A stretch of 64,000 bases of DNA from Rebecca billardiae RCC1528 (GCA_965240325.2 OZ251235.1:930001-994000), one strand, 5' to 3'. Shown: positions 1 to 11,235, counted from the stretch's first letter. Notes: a model not told the origin generated them from the letters alone. Made by a program: numbers and translations.

Positions 1-518
1 TACTCACCGCCATGGCGTCCAACGTTGCCTTCGCCCTGCGCGCCATCCTCGCCAAGGTGTCGATGCGCGCCGCGGCGGACAACAACATGTCCCCCGCCAA
101 CCTCTTTGCCGTCGTGAACACGCTCGCGTTTGCGGTGCTCCTGCCGGTCGCGCTGCTCGTCGAGGCGCGCGGCGCGGGCGCCGGCTGGTCGGAGGCGATT
201 GCAAAGGGCACGACCGCTGGCGACCTGCTCAAGCTGATCATGATCACGGGCGTGACGTACTACCTGTACAACGAGCTTGCGTTCATGTGCCTGGGCGTGG
301 TGCACCCGGTGACGCACGCGGTCGCAAACACCATCAAGCGCGTCGCCGTGATTGCCATCTCGATCATCTACTTCAAGAACCCAGTGACCAAGGAAGGCAT
401 CATCGGCTCGGCGGTCGCCGTCGTTGGCGTGATGCTGTACTCGATCACGCTCAACAACGAGCAGGCGGCCAAGGTGGCGGCGCTGGAGGCAGCCAAGCAG
501 GGCAAGAAGGGCAAGTGA
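1..518 (+). CDS. Triose-phosphate/phosphate translocator (TPT family), 3' part (5'-truncated by window edge)
   Basis: ORF 12..518 with TPT C-terminal motifs YYLYNELAF, VHPVTHAVANTIKRVAVI, FKNPV; multiple hydrophobic helices. Confidence 0.9.
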   Translation, partial: LTAMASNVAFALRAILAKVSMRAAADNNMSPANLFAVVNTLAFAVLLPVALLVEARGAGAGWSEAIAKGTTAGDLLKLIMITGVTYYLYNELAFMCLGVVHPVTHAVANTIKRVAVIAISIIYFKNPVTKEGIIGSAVAVVGVMLYSITLNNEQAAKVAALEAAKQGKKGK

Positions 519-694
519 TGATTATAATGATGTCGAATATAAGACCGTTGCTGCTTCAGAAGTGTACTATGATACTACAGTATTATAAAGTGATGCTAAT
601 ATCTCGTAGACGTAGTCGTCACATTGTTTATTACTATTACTAACGACAATTCGATCCTGGTTACGATCCGGTAATAAGTCATGGCTATACTAGT

Positions 695-1201
695 GGCTCT
701 GGCTCCGGTTGATCCCTGCCAGTACGTCCGGTCATAGAAACCGGGCGTAGTAACTACCGAAAATATTTTTGAAAATGATCTTCGCATTCCTGCGGCCGAA
801 TGAACGCCCGAAGTGTCCCACAGGGCCTCAAGTAGGGTTGCTATGGATGGCCAATAAGTGCCCAGGGTGTCAGTTTGTGACTACTACTTCAGACTCTATT
901 TTCATAGCTATTTACCCAGTCCGGTGACACATTTCCAATAGCTACGGGTGCATCCGGATCGCTCCCGGACCATGTTCTGACCGGAGTCTGAAATGGGTAA
1001 ATACATAGTAAAAATAGAGTCTGAACTATAGAGGAAGTGCTTGTTGGCCCAATATCGCTCTGAAGTCATATCATCTAATTCTAGGCATCCATTCACCATT
1101 GAGATTTGAGGTCCTCCTGTGCTGTGTGCAGTTTTCACGAGTGACTTCATGAAGGAGCTCACAGTGCCCGTCTCTGGCAGGGGTCAACCGAAGCCAGAGC
1201 C
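695..1201. mobile_element. MITE family M1, copy 1 (~28-bp TIRs, non-coding)
   Basis: ggctctggctccggttgatccctgccag ... ctggcaggggtcaaccgaagccagagcc; internal inverted repeat ttcagactctattttca..tacccag / tgggtaaa..aaaatagagtctgaa; second copy in opposite orientation at 28346-28822. Confidence 0.9.
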
Positions 1202-1383
1202 AAGTAGTAGTCCGGAGTCCCGGACGGCTGGCGCCGTCGGCGTCGCGGTACGACCCGCCGGGAATCGTTCATTCGTTGACTAAATGACGGCGCCACACGG
1301 CGATTACATCACTCATCAGTATATATACACCAGTGTAGCTAGAGAGTTAGACTAGACACGTCGCGTTATTAATATTAAACTAT

Positions 1384-1442
1384 AGAGAGAGAGAGAGAGC
1401 CTAGAGAGTAGAGAGAGTCGAGAGAGAGACGGATGAGAGAGA
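1384..1442. repeat. Interrupted (GA)n microsatellite
   Basis: agagagagagagagag... tract. Confidence 0.8.
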
Positions 1443-2105
1443 TCGACACCGTGTCACTCACATTAAATATTATGCTCCTACTAACAATTTATACTAATTA
1501 TACAAGGCGGTAGCTAGTTAAGACTCCGGTTAATTCAGTTTGAGTTACAATATATATATTTCAAAATAAAATTTTCATATATGTAAAATGGCTAACGATT
1601 CCACTAGTGTCATCTCGTCGAAAGTAGTAACGATCTAGCACTATGATAAGTACGTGGCGCAGCCGGGCAGACGGGCGCGGCATCCTGCGTGGCACCGGCC
1701 CGCAGTCGGCGTTCAGCGGATCTCACCGCTGGTCCGCACCCGCATCCGATGATCGATGACACTTGACATCTGCGCGTCAGGCGCAGCCAGCCTGCGTGCT
1801 GCCGCTCGTCGCCGGGAAAATCGGCAGAGCGCATGGGCCGCGAGGCGATGCTCGCTCCCACGGGCGCTCGATTGTGCGGTACAAGTCCGATCCGTGAGCG
1901 CGTGGTCAGCACGCGCTGGGAGCCGGGGCTGTTTGTTGCCGGCGCGTTCCCAAACGAGCAGCAATCGCGGCCAGCCGCCGCCACGTGGCTCAGGCCTCGA
2001 CCAAGCTGCGCTCAAAGCGTCGAGGTCGGTCGAGGAGAGAGGCTGGAGGGCACACACACCGCGGCGACATCCGCCGTCCTTCTTGCTCCGCTTCAGTGCG
2101 GAGGC

Positions 2106-2836
2106 TCAGCCGAAGATGCCTGATGAAGAGCCCGGTGCGACGCACACGCAGCGGGGCGCGGGGGTGCGTCAAGCGGGGAGGAGGCACGGTGGGCGCACGC
2201 GCGCGATCGATGCGCGCTCCGGCACGTACCGCCGGGGATGCTGCTGACGTTCGTGCGGCTTCCCTGCTTGCGCGGCGCATGGCGCGGCGGCGCGCCGTCG
2301 TCGTTGTTCAGCGCAAAGATCCCGCCGGGCACGGACGACGTGTTCGAGTTCATTTTTGGCTTGTGCGCGGCCATGGGCGGCATGCCCACATCACTTCCAA
2401 TCGGTCCACCCAGCATCGAGGGGGCGTTCGCCGAGGGGCGGGCGGGCATCGCCGCCGGGTCGCGCGGCGTGTTCTCGTTTGAGAAGATGCCGCCCGAGAT
2501 CCCCGAGTTGGCGACCATCGCGGAGGAGTGCCCGTGCTCGCCGAAGAGGTCGCCAGCGAAGCGCTGGCCGTCGAACCCCACGCCATCGATCATGTACACC
2601 GAGAGCAGCAGCTCGAGGTCGCCGCGCGAGAGCTTGGTGCCAACGCGCTCCATCGCCTGTGCAAACTCGTCCGGGCTCAGGATCAGCTGCCCGTTGCTCT
2701 TGTCGAAGTGGTGCAAGATCTTGCGCAGGACGCGATTGGGGCCCTCGCCGCGGCTGCTCTTCGTCTCCAGACGCTCGACGATCATGTCGCACGCGTGCTT
2801 GTGCTGCGCGCGCAGGTCCTCGACGGTTGCCGACAT
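2106..2836 (-). CDS. EF-hand-like protein with C-terminal S-x-x-G-G-I-F repeats (Jupiter/SPIRAL1-like motif); exons 2836-2230 and 2119-2106
   Basis: FDKSNGQLILSPDEF EF-hand-like loop; repeats SGISGGIF, SSVPGGIF, and SSIPGGIFG* completed by splicing a GT..AG intron at 2229-2120. Confidence 0.7.
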
Positions 2837-3518
2837 GGTGCTTGCTGCGCGTGGGGGGCGGCGGGGAAAGCAACGCCTGGCGGTTGCGGGACGCGGGTCC
2901 GGCCCTGAGATATTGGCGGCTGTGAGGGAGATTGCGTCCCCTCCGCCAATGGACAGCTCCACTCTTCAAAGTTCTGCCAATTGTCAGTTTCATCAGAAAT
3001 CCAGCTGGGCTCGTCAACCGGCATGAGAACAATTCTATTGCGAATATGGGGGTACCATATTACCGATTTTGGGCAACTGAAAACATGATTCTGCACTTTT
3101 TTGAAAAACGCACTTCAAAAAGTTTCAACTTTTGAAAACCGGATTTAAAACATGTTTTGTTTTGTTTTTGGAAAAGAAGTTTTGCCAAAACGAAACAAAA
3201 ACCGAAAACTTTTTTCAAAACCTGTTTTCAAAACGTGTTTTCAAAAAGTGCAAACCTGTTTTCCCTTTTTCAAAAACGTTTTCACTTTTTGTCTTTTTCC
3301 AAAAAGTGACGCTCGAAAACACACGGTGAACAGAATGGCGGCCAAATGTTCACTTTAGGGTGCCGCCGCGCGACGCGGGCCGGCGGCCTAGTAAGAACCC
3401 TGAGCCGGCGCGGACGGGCACTGGCAGGTGCGCAACCACCCAACACATGCTCCAGGCACCGCTCACCAGCCCCTCACTTCGTCTCCTCGTCTATTACTGC
3501 CCGCGACACGCGCGAATG

Positions 3519-4260
3519 TCATCTCAATCGCCCTGGCGTCGCGCGACCGCGCGGCCGCGCGCGCATGCGGTGCGCAGGCGTCAGATGGCGGAGGTGGTGA
3601 TGCGGTGCGACGCGCATGGACGATCTCGCGCAGACGCACCTCGCTCGCAGGCCCGCTGCCACTGGATGCGCCCGGCTGCACCGTCCGTTTGCTGCGCGCA
3701 GTCGCAGCCGGCCGTTCTTGTCGACGGTGTTGGTGCGCTTCTTCATGATCTTCATCTTGCCCACGATCACCTGCTTGGCGGCCTGCTCGACGCGGCCAGC
3801 TCGCGGCATGCTCGTGCCGCGTCTGTTCGAGCTCAGCCCGCCCGCCCGGCACGTGCGGTCGCGGAACGTGTTGCCGATGATCTTGCCGTCGTGCTCCGAC
3901 GCTTGTGTGCTCGCGCGGTGCAGCTCGCCGCCGAGTCGCACGATGGCGCGAAGGGCGATGGCGACGACCACGTGCGGGTGGCACGCGACCGTGCTCGTCC
4001 ACCGCTTGAGCTCACGCACATACGCGCACCTGGCGTTGAGCGCAGCAAGCACCATCACCTTCACCTCCGCGGCGGTCGTCGGACGCCGCCGACGAGTTCG
4101 CGCACCGCCACCAACCACAGTCGGCAGAAGTCCTCACACGTGAGCTGCGGCTGCTGCGGTGCCTGAGCAGCGTTGGCGTAGCCCTCGCACGGCACGTTGG
4201 CGTCACGCGCGTGCTGCATCCTCTGCTGCCCGCCGTCACCGGCGTGGCCCTGGCCCTGGC
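3519..4260 (-). pseudogene. Second, frameshifted coding relic (cargo ORF) inside the transposon; unknown function
   Basis: Strong GC3 coding pattern (e.g. KQVIVGKMKIMKKRTNTVDKNG, EHDGKIIGNTFRDR); apparent frameshift near 4075. Confidence 0.45.
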
Positions 4261-4825
4261 GGTACCTGGCCGCACGCGGCGCGCACTACGACTCGTCGTG
4301 TCCGCCGACTTTGCGTCTGCCGACGGCTCGGTCCACACTGATCGTCAGCCCTGGGCTCCGCGGCCGTGCAGCGTCACTGCTGTCGTGCGACGATCGCATC
4401 GATATGACTCACAGCGACTCACGCGTACTTGTGTCGTAGTAGTATGGCAGCGTCATGCACGGCATCAGACGACTGATGACGAGGGCTCCTGCCCGAAGCG
4501 CACGGGCCCGCGGAGGCGGATGAATCATGTTAAAAGTCGAAAGACATGATCGGCTCGTCCGGACGCGCGCATCATCACGCTGCTCGTCGCGCCCAGATTC
4601 CGCTGCTCGCCATGATGACGAACGAAGCACGGACTCCTGCAGGCCGATGTGCTCAGCGGCGCGCTTACTGCGTCGGCGACAGGATCCTCCATCAGCTCCC
4701 GCCCCTGGCCCTGTCGCAGCAGGGCACGGCTGAGGGTCACACCCGCTGATGGCCGGGCGAGACCAAGCATCAAGCGCGCACGCATGCGCGGTCGCCGCGG
4801 CGCACTCGCGCGCACCACCGGAACC

Positions 4826-5265
4826 TCAACGGTCTTCTTGCGCGTCATGCGGATGACCTGCATTGCCCTGCAGACGGTCGGCTCGCTGACGCTCAGGCCA
4901 TACCACAGCGCAAGGCGTGCACACGTTTGCGCCAGCGTGTCTCGCGGGTACATCTTGACGAGTGCTTTCAGCAGGAAGAGCTGGGGCAGGTCGAAGATCG
5001 GCGGGCCAGAGGACGCGACGCCGCCCGACTGCGTGCTCACGATCTGCTGCGTCGCGAGGTACTCCCGCACCCACTTGAACACGGTCGATTTGGCGACGCC
5101 CGTGAGTTGAGCGATCTCGTCGTACGTGCACGACGAGTTGCCCGCGCGCAGTCGGAGGGCAGTCCCCACGACGCGCTGCCGAAGAACCACGTCGTAGCTC
5201 CTACCCTGTCGGTACACGCCGTTGTGCGCGTTGACTGCGATCCGCGGCCGTGGCTCGCGCGGCAT
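4826..5265 (-). pseudogene. IS630/Tc1-type transposase N-terminal double HTH; no DDE domain recognisable downstream
   Basis: GRSYDVVLRQRVV..TYDEIAQLTGVAKSTVFKWV..YPRDTLAQ..LSVSEPTVCRAMQVIRMTRKK, the typical IS630 HTH plus TRKK linker. Confidence 0.8.
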
Positions 5266-5926
5266 CTCCTGTCGCCGCCGATTGCCCCGCCGCGCGACGC
5301 GGTGGACAACGGTCTTTCTTTCCTCGCTCCAAGAAAACTTTTTCAAAACAAAACTTGTTTTCAAAACACGTTTTGAAAACTTAAGTTTTGTTTTGTTTTT
5401 TTGAAACACGTTTTGAAAACTTGTTTTGAAAACGTTTTTCAAAAAAACAAAGCAAAACAAGTTTTTCGAAAACATTTTTTCAAAAAGATGTTTTGTCCAA
5501 AACATGTTTCAAAAAAGGAAAAAAGATCAAAAAACAAAACAAAACTTGCAAAAACGAAATGCATGTTTTCAGTTGCCCAAAATCGGTAATAATCAAATCG
5601 ACGCAGAAAAGGGAATAATTGCGGAGTCCCGGTGGCGCGGAGCGACCTGGTCCCGGTCGCCCGGCATCGCTGTGGGATTCTGTATGCGCCGCTACTGCTA
5701 GGTGCGTGTCGCCGAGCCTTGGTGAGACTGGTGAATCGTGGTTGCGCGTCCCATGATTCTGACCCATGACACTGCCTAGACGGAGATTCTCAGCCACACC
5801 CATAAAGTGCTCAGCGCCTCGTCGGCCTCCCGATCGGAGGATGGTCGGCCCGGCCGCCGACTGCGGCCCGTTGGCCGTTCCGTCGCGGTCCGACTCTCCC
5901 CTCCCGTGTGCCTGCTGGACAGATCC

Positions 5927-6253
5927 TTACTCCAAATGCCTTGCGAGCAAGACTTCACGAATGAAGTAGGACTTGGCCTTCTCAGTCCACTTGAACTCGT
6001 CGAGGATGTGCGCGCACGTCACCCGCTCCGTGGCCGTGACACTGGCCCCGTCGAGGACGGCATCCAGGATCTTCTTCGCGTCGTCCTCCGAGATGCGACC
6101 ATCGCCTCGCCCCTCCACGGCGGTCTGCGCGGATTGGAGAATCTGCGCATCCATCTTGACCCCATCCACGACTTTGTAATAGCTGCTGCCCGTACTCAGC
6201 GCCCGGTGCAGCCCACGGCACGAGCGCACGGCCGTCAGCACGCGGCACGCCAT
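5927..6253 (-). CDS. Small protein with an organelle-targeting-like N-terminus and a bacterial-type YYK..DG..D / GDGRIS..DA / FKWT domain
   Basis: MACRVLTAVRSCRGLHRALST presequence-like stretch, then SYYKVVDGVKMD..GRGDGRISEDDAK..FKWTEKA. Confidence 0.75.
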   Translation of the reverse strand: MACRVLTAVRSCRGLHRALSTGSSYYKVVDGVKMDAQILQSAQTAVEGRGDGRISEDDAKKILDAVLDGASVTATERVTCAHILDEFKWTEKAKSYFIREVLLARHLE

Positions 6254-6297
6254 CGTTCGCGTCTGCTGAATGAATCCCTTATCCCGCCGGGTTCTGT

Positions 6298-6350
6298 ATC
6301 TCGCCTGCCTGAGCTGTGTGCGTCTCTTATTCTTAGTAATATAAACTGTA
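6298..6350 (-). repeat. Short one-ended element, family X, copy 1
   Basis: Reverse complement of TACAGTTTA(TATTA)CTAAGAATAAGAGACGCACACAGCTCAGGCAGGCGAGAT; also at 14408-14465 and 22463-22520. Confidence 0.9.
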
Positions 6351-6487
6351 TGTAGAGTTCTGACAAGTCCGACGAAGATCAATCGTCAATAAAAACAATT
6401 GCTGCGCGCCTACGACTGCGCTCAATATTGCTAATCAAACGGCGGCATCACGTCATTCGTCCGAGGCCGCCTGGTAGCACACAGCGG

Positions 6488-8650
6488 TCAATAGTTGAGC
6501 ATCATGAGGTTTTGCCGCCCGGGCGCGGAGGGCGAGGGCGAGAGATGCATCGAAGCTGGCTGCGACGAGCGCGACGGCGACGACACGCCGCCGGCCGCGA
6601 GCGGACCCTGGCAGCGTCCCTGCGCCCCCGGTCGCGCCGCTGCGCTCATCGACCCGCCGCTCGCCGCCGCCTCAGCACCCCCAGCCGCCGCGCGGCCGCC
6701 AGGCGCGGCGCTCCGCTGGCTCACGGCGCGCTCGACGCGCGCGGTCATCGCCTCGAGCGCCGCCAGCTCGCGCTCGACCGTGCGCTGCAGCGCCTCCGCC
6801 TCGGCGCGCGCCACCTCCTCTGCGGCCGACGGCCCCGGCTTGGGCTTCTCAAGCGCCAGGGCGTGCAGCTCGGCGCGCGCCGCGTCCAGCTCCTGCTGCA
6901 GCGCGCCAGCGCGCGCGGTGGCGGCCTCCGCCTCGGCGTGCGCGCCCTGGAGCTGCGCGCTCAGCTGCGAGACCGTCGCCGCCTCGGCCGCCGCCGCGCT
7001 CGAGATGGCTGCGCGCGTGGAGGCGGGCGCGCGCGGCAGGCGGCAGCGGGGCGGCGCGCCACTCGAGTGAGCGGTGCAATGAGTGCGCGCGCGCGCGTGC
7101 GCGGGGCGCGGGGCGGCGCGCCCGCGCGCACCTGCGCTCGCCCGCCCGACCTCCTGCCCCATGGCCAGCGCGTGCTGCGCCAGCCGCGCGTCCGAGTGCA
7201 GCGCGCCCCAGCGCCGCGCCTTGAGCCCGCCCAGCTGCAGCGCGCCCTCTGAGCCGCCGACCGCGGCAAAAAGACGCAGCAGGGCGGAGGACGACGCCCC
7301 GTCTTCGCGCGCGCCGCCTCCCGCAGCGGCGAGCAGCGCGCCGCCGCCATCGCGCGCGCTGAGCAGCGCGCCGAGCAGCTCGAGCTCCGCCGACGCGTCG
7401 TCGACGCGCGCCTGCCGCTCGCGCTCGAGCGTCGCCGTCAGCTTGCCCGCGTGCTCGCGCGCGAACGCGAGGTGCGCACGCGCGTCTGCAAGGTCGTCGC
7501 GTAGCCGGCGCGCCTCGTCCTCCGCGCGCGCGCGCGGCGTGTGCGCGCGGCCGTGCAGGCCGAGGACGAGCGCGCTGCTCTCGTCGGCTGACGGCGGGTA
7601 CGCCGCGACCGCCGCCGAGGTGCGCCAGCCGCTGAACGCGCGCGCCAACCCGATCAGCTGCGCAGAGTGCGCCGCGTGCACGAGCCGTCGTCCGCGCTCG
7701 GCCAGCGTCCGCTCGCGAGCGAGCGCGCGCGCCTGCTGCGCCTCCGCGGTGAGGACGGAGACGGTGCGCGCGAGGTAGGTCTCGGCGCCGTCCGCGCGCG
7801 CCCCCGAGCCGCCGTGCGCGGCGCTGATCCCCGCCTCCCCGCCGAACCCGCCCCCCTCCTCCTCCTCGCCAGCAGCGTAGGCGCCATCCAGCGTCTCAGA
7901 AAGGGGCAAAGAGCGTGGCCGGCGCGCGGACGCGGCCGGCCACGCGCCCGCGGAGGAGGGGCGCGTGGCGTTCGACGCCGCGGAGGAGGGCACGCCCGCG
8001 TGGGGCGGCGCGCAGGCCGTGCGCGGCGTGCGCAGGGGCGGATGAGCCCCAGCCGACGGCGCGGCGGCGCCGGGCCGCGCCGGCCGCGCGCGCGTCGGCG
8101 TCTGCCGCAGCGCGCGCGGTGGCGCGTGCGTGCGCGCGGCGGCGGCAGCGGCGGCGCCGGCCAGGCCCGCCGGCCTGGCATCGGACAGCGAGACCGTCAG
8201 CGCGTAGCGGCACGTCTCGCGCACGTGGTAGTTGTAGTTGGTCACGCCGATGTACCACGTGCCGGGTGTGAGCAGCCCTGAGTTGGTATCGACGGCGATG
8301 TGGTGGTCGGCGGCGTTGGCGTTGAAGGCCTCCTGGTCCCAGAAGTCGGCGATGATGCGCGAGCGCCGAGGCACGTGCGGCGGGGCGCCGTGCCGCAGCA
8401 TGAGCAGCGGGTCGCCCGACCCCTTGTGCAGGTGCACGACGACCTGGTGCACCGAGCTCGCAATCTCGATGTGGAAGAAGTGGGTGGCGCCGTGCAGGAT
8501 GGCGCCCGAACGAACCTCGCCGGGGTGGATCAGCTGGCTTTGCACCTCACCACGCGTCGGCGAGCCACCGTCGGCGGTTGGCGACAACCCGCCGTCCGCC
8601 TCCATGCCCTTCTGCCGCACGGCCGGCAAGCTCATGAAGCTCGCCGCCAT
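6488..8650 (-). CDS. Protein with an N-terminal PPC-like beta-sandwich and a C-terminal coiled coil; contains in-frame GC-rich intron(s)
   Basis: HFFHIEI..GDPLLMLRHGAPP..PGTWYIGV..CRYALTVS motif; Ala/Glu/Arg heptad region; probable intron ~7130-7010. Confidence 0.6.
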   Translation of the reverse strand: MAASFMSLPAVRQKGMEADGGLSPTADGGSPTRGEVQSQLIHPGEVRSGAILHGATHFFHIEIASSVHQVVVHLHKGSGDPLLMLRHGAPPHVPRRSRIIADFWDQEAFNANAADHHIAVDTNSGLLTPGTWYIGVTNYNYHVRETCRYALTVSLSDARPAGLAGAAAAAAARTHAPPRALRQTPTRARPARPGAAAPSAGAHPPLRTPRTACAPPHAGVPSSAASNATRPSSAGAWPAASARRPRSLPLSETLDGAYAAGEEEEGGGFGGEAGISAAHGGSGARADGAETYLARTVSVLTAEAQQARALARERTLAERGRRLVHAAHSAQLIGLARAFSGWRTSAAVAAYPPSADESSALVLGLHGRAHTPRARAEDEARRLRDDLADARAHLAFAREHAGKLTATLERERQARVDDASAELELLGALLSARDGGGALLAAAGGGAREDGASSSALLRLFAAVGGSEGALQLGGLKARRWGALHSDARLAQHALAMGQEVGRASAGARGRAAPRPAHARARTHCTAHSSGAPPRCRLPRAPASTRAAISSAAAAEAATVSQLSAQLQGAHAEAEAATARAGALQQELDAARAELHALALEKPKPGPSAAEEVARAEAEALQRTVERELAALEAMTARVERAVSQRSAAPGGRAAAGGAEAAASGGSMSAAARPGAQGRCQGPLAAGGVSSPSRSSQPASMHLSPSPSAPGRQNLMMLNY

Positions 8651-8882
8651 TGCGATTCGCCTCGGCCGCTGTCAAGTTCGAACCCAGCACCAGCAAAAGG
8701 CCAAAAAGCCCAAAACACTGAAAACAGCCTTGTATGTGTTCAGAAAGTCCGGTAGACCGAGTCCGGGGCTGGTTTCCGCAGGAACTGGTTGGTCGAGCTG
8801 CAAGAGTTCGACCGTTGGCGGGTTGGCGCAGCCGCGGCGGCGGCATCGTCGACTTGAAGAACACGCATCGGGCTGCGGACAG

Positions 8883-10205
8883 ATGGCGACGTCGTCGACC
8901 TGGGCGTGCGAGCTCTGCACGTTCGACGCGAATGGGAGCGCCACCAGCTGCCGCATGTGCGGCACGCCACGGCACGTGGGGTCTGCCCCCGCCGCGGGCC
9001 ATCCCGGCTATACGCCCAGGGCAAGCACTCCCCCGCCTGCGCTGGTTGATCGAACTGTGCCGGTGCCCTGCGGGGACAGAGATGGCGGGGCGCACGACGC
9101 GCGCGATGGTCTGACGCCAGGCACCGCACCCCCTTTTGCGCAGCAGGGCCCCCTGCTCACCCTCTCACCGGACGGCACGCCAGCAGCTCGCGCAAGCCGG
9201 AAGCGCTCGCAGGCAGACGTGCAGCAGGTGCGCTCGAGTCGCCGGACGGAGCGACGCGGGTCGCGGCCGCGCTGGGCCAAGCCCGTGATGGACAGCGCGC
9301 CCTCGGTGCACAACACTACGTCCGCGGGCATCGTCATCGCTGTCGACGCGGCCGAGTGCGGCGCGTGCGACGTCGACACCCTGCACGCGGCCGCGCAGTG
9401 CCTCGGCAGCTGGGAGGAGGGCGGCGGATTCGCCTGGTGCGCACCGAGCGGCGAGCTGCCGCAGTGCGCCACGCACCTGGTCCGCGAGGACACGGAGAGG
9501 TGGACCTTCAAGACGTACTTCGCGGCCGCGCGCGGTTTGCCCATCGTCACGCCCGGCTGGGTGCTGGCTTCGCTCGAGCGCGGCGCGTGGCTCCTGCCTG
9601 ATGAGTACGCCTGTTCGCGCTTGCTGGGCGCGGCCGCGCTCGGCAGCGCCACGCCGAGGCAGCCGCTGCTCGGCGAGCGCGTGTGCTTCTTCGGCCAGGT
9701 GCTGCTACCAAAGGCCACTCTTGAGGCCCTCGTCCGCGCGGCTGGCGGCGCTGTGGAGCGATCGCACCGCATGGCGACTGTGCTGCTGTCGGATGCCCCG
9801 CAGCCTGCAGCAGCGCTCGCGCGCGCGCGCGCGCGCACATGCCAGCCGAGCAAGTGGCTCTTTGAGCGGATTGAGCGCGCTGTGCGCAGCTCGGACGGGA
9901 CGACACTGGCCTCCAAGGGCGCGCCCGCCGCCGAGGCGGCGCACGACGCGGCACACGCGGAAATCGACTCGGCTGCGCCACGCGAGAGCGAGTCAGGTGA
10001 TCAGCAGGGGCGCGCTCTGCGAGCGAATGCGTCAGCATCGCGACCGGCTCCTTCTCGGCACCGCGCTGCGAAGTGCACGCTCGGCCGCGCGGTGCGGCGA
10101 TGCGAGCACGGCAGCGTGTCCGCAGTGGGCGTCTACGCCCAAGATTCGGAGGGCGCCGTCTCCGATGACGATGGCTACGCTGACGATTTGAGCGACGCAT
10201 ACTGA
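8883..10205 (+). CDS. RanBP2-type zinc finger plus tandem BRCT protein (MCPH1-like DNA-damage factor)
   Basis: WACELCTFDAN..SCRMC; BRCT motifs ATHLV..TFKTYFAAARGLPIVTPGWV and LEALVRAAGG..WLFERI. Confidence 0.8.
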   Translation: MATSSTWACELCTFDANGSATSCRMCGTPRHVGSAPAAGHPGYTPRASTPPPALVDRTVPVPCGDRDGGAHDARDGLTPGTAPPFAQQGPLLTLSPDGTPAARASRKRSQADVQQVRSSRRTERRGSRPRWAKPVMDSAPSVHNTTSAGIVIAVDAAECGACDVDTLHAAAQCLGSWEEGGGFAWCAPSGELPQCATHLVREDTERWTFKTYFAAARGLPIVTPGWVLASLERGAWLLPDEYACSRLLGAAALGSATPRQPLLGERVCFFGQVLLPKATLEALVRAAGGAVERSHRMATVLLSDAPQPAAALARARARTCQPSKWLFERIERAVRSSDGTTLASKGAPAAEAAHDAAHAEIDSAAPRESESGDQQGRALRANASASRPAPSRHRAAKCTLGRAVRRCEHGSVSAVGVYAQDSEGAVSDDDGYADDLSDAY

Positions 10206-10563
10206 CTGCTACCGTAACCGTTGGCGTTGAATCGAGCGCGCTGCTCCCCCCCACCCCCCACCGGCACCGGATCACCATCGTGGCCCCGCGTGCTGCGCGA
10301 CCTGCCGCACAGTGTGGTCTCGCCGCCTGGGCGTGGCCGTGCCGGCTGTGGCCGTGTCATTAAGGACTCCTCGCGGGCCCGACTGACGCGGGAGGCTCCC
10401 GCTAGGCGGCTCCGAGTCCAACTCCGAGACTCAGGAGCGGCACTGTCTCATGCGCCAACTGCCCAGTGAGACGTGAGTGACGCCGTGTCCGTGTAACGCG
10501 CAGCCGCGTGGGCCCCGCGGCTCGGGCCTCGCCGCGCCGCGGCTCGCGCGGACGGAGAGTCGG

Positions 10564-10777
<214 letters not shown>

Positions 10778-11235
10778 TATCACGACTCAATCACTGACAT
10801 ATGTACACTGTGACTGTGAGTGTGATGAGTATTGATGAGTGATACTGATAGTGATGGCGCATCGATCAGACTACTTATGATTCGATCATCAGTCTTAATA
10901 TTGGCTAATGTAACTGCCTCTGCCAACTCGGTCGGGCGAGACTCGGAACTGGCCGCTGAACGGACAGACGGCAATAGTAAACGGTCTTATATTCTTAATA
11001 ATAACATTAAGTAGCATGACGACGACGCCTCACGCCATCATCTAGCTAAGCTGATGAAGACCTGCCACGGCGCGTCAGGCCGTCACGAGCCTGGCACGGC
11101 TGGCAGTGGCACCTCGATCAGAGTCGAATCAGGCCTGTGCTATGAGCCATAGCCGACGATAGCGGCTGAGCATAGCGGCGCAGGCAGACAAGACGGCAGG
11201 CCTTGCGGCGTCAACTCGGCCGCGAGCCGCGAGGC

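Larger units (their letters stand above)
3063..5586 (-). mobile_element. IS630/Tc1/mariner-like DNA transposon, probably non-autonomous
   Basis: 26-bp TIR ccgattttgggcaactgaaaacatg / catgttttcagttgcccaaaatcgg, TA on both flanks; long AT-rich subterminal arrays (TTTTGAAAAC-type) at ~3090-3325 and ~5335-5560; transposase HTH inside. Confidence 0.9.

Noticed and set aside
3519-4260. Fanzor/TnpB nuclease inside the Tc1-like element
   Set aside because: No RuvC D/E/D motifs or CxxC zinc finger recognisable in any frame I read
8238-8882. N-terminal extension of the BRCT ORF
   Set aside because: It overlaps the opposite-strand gene; the plausible start is ATG 8883, just before the zinc finger
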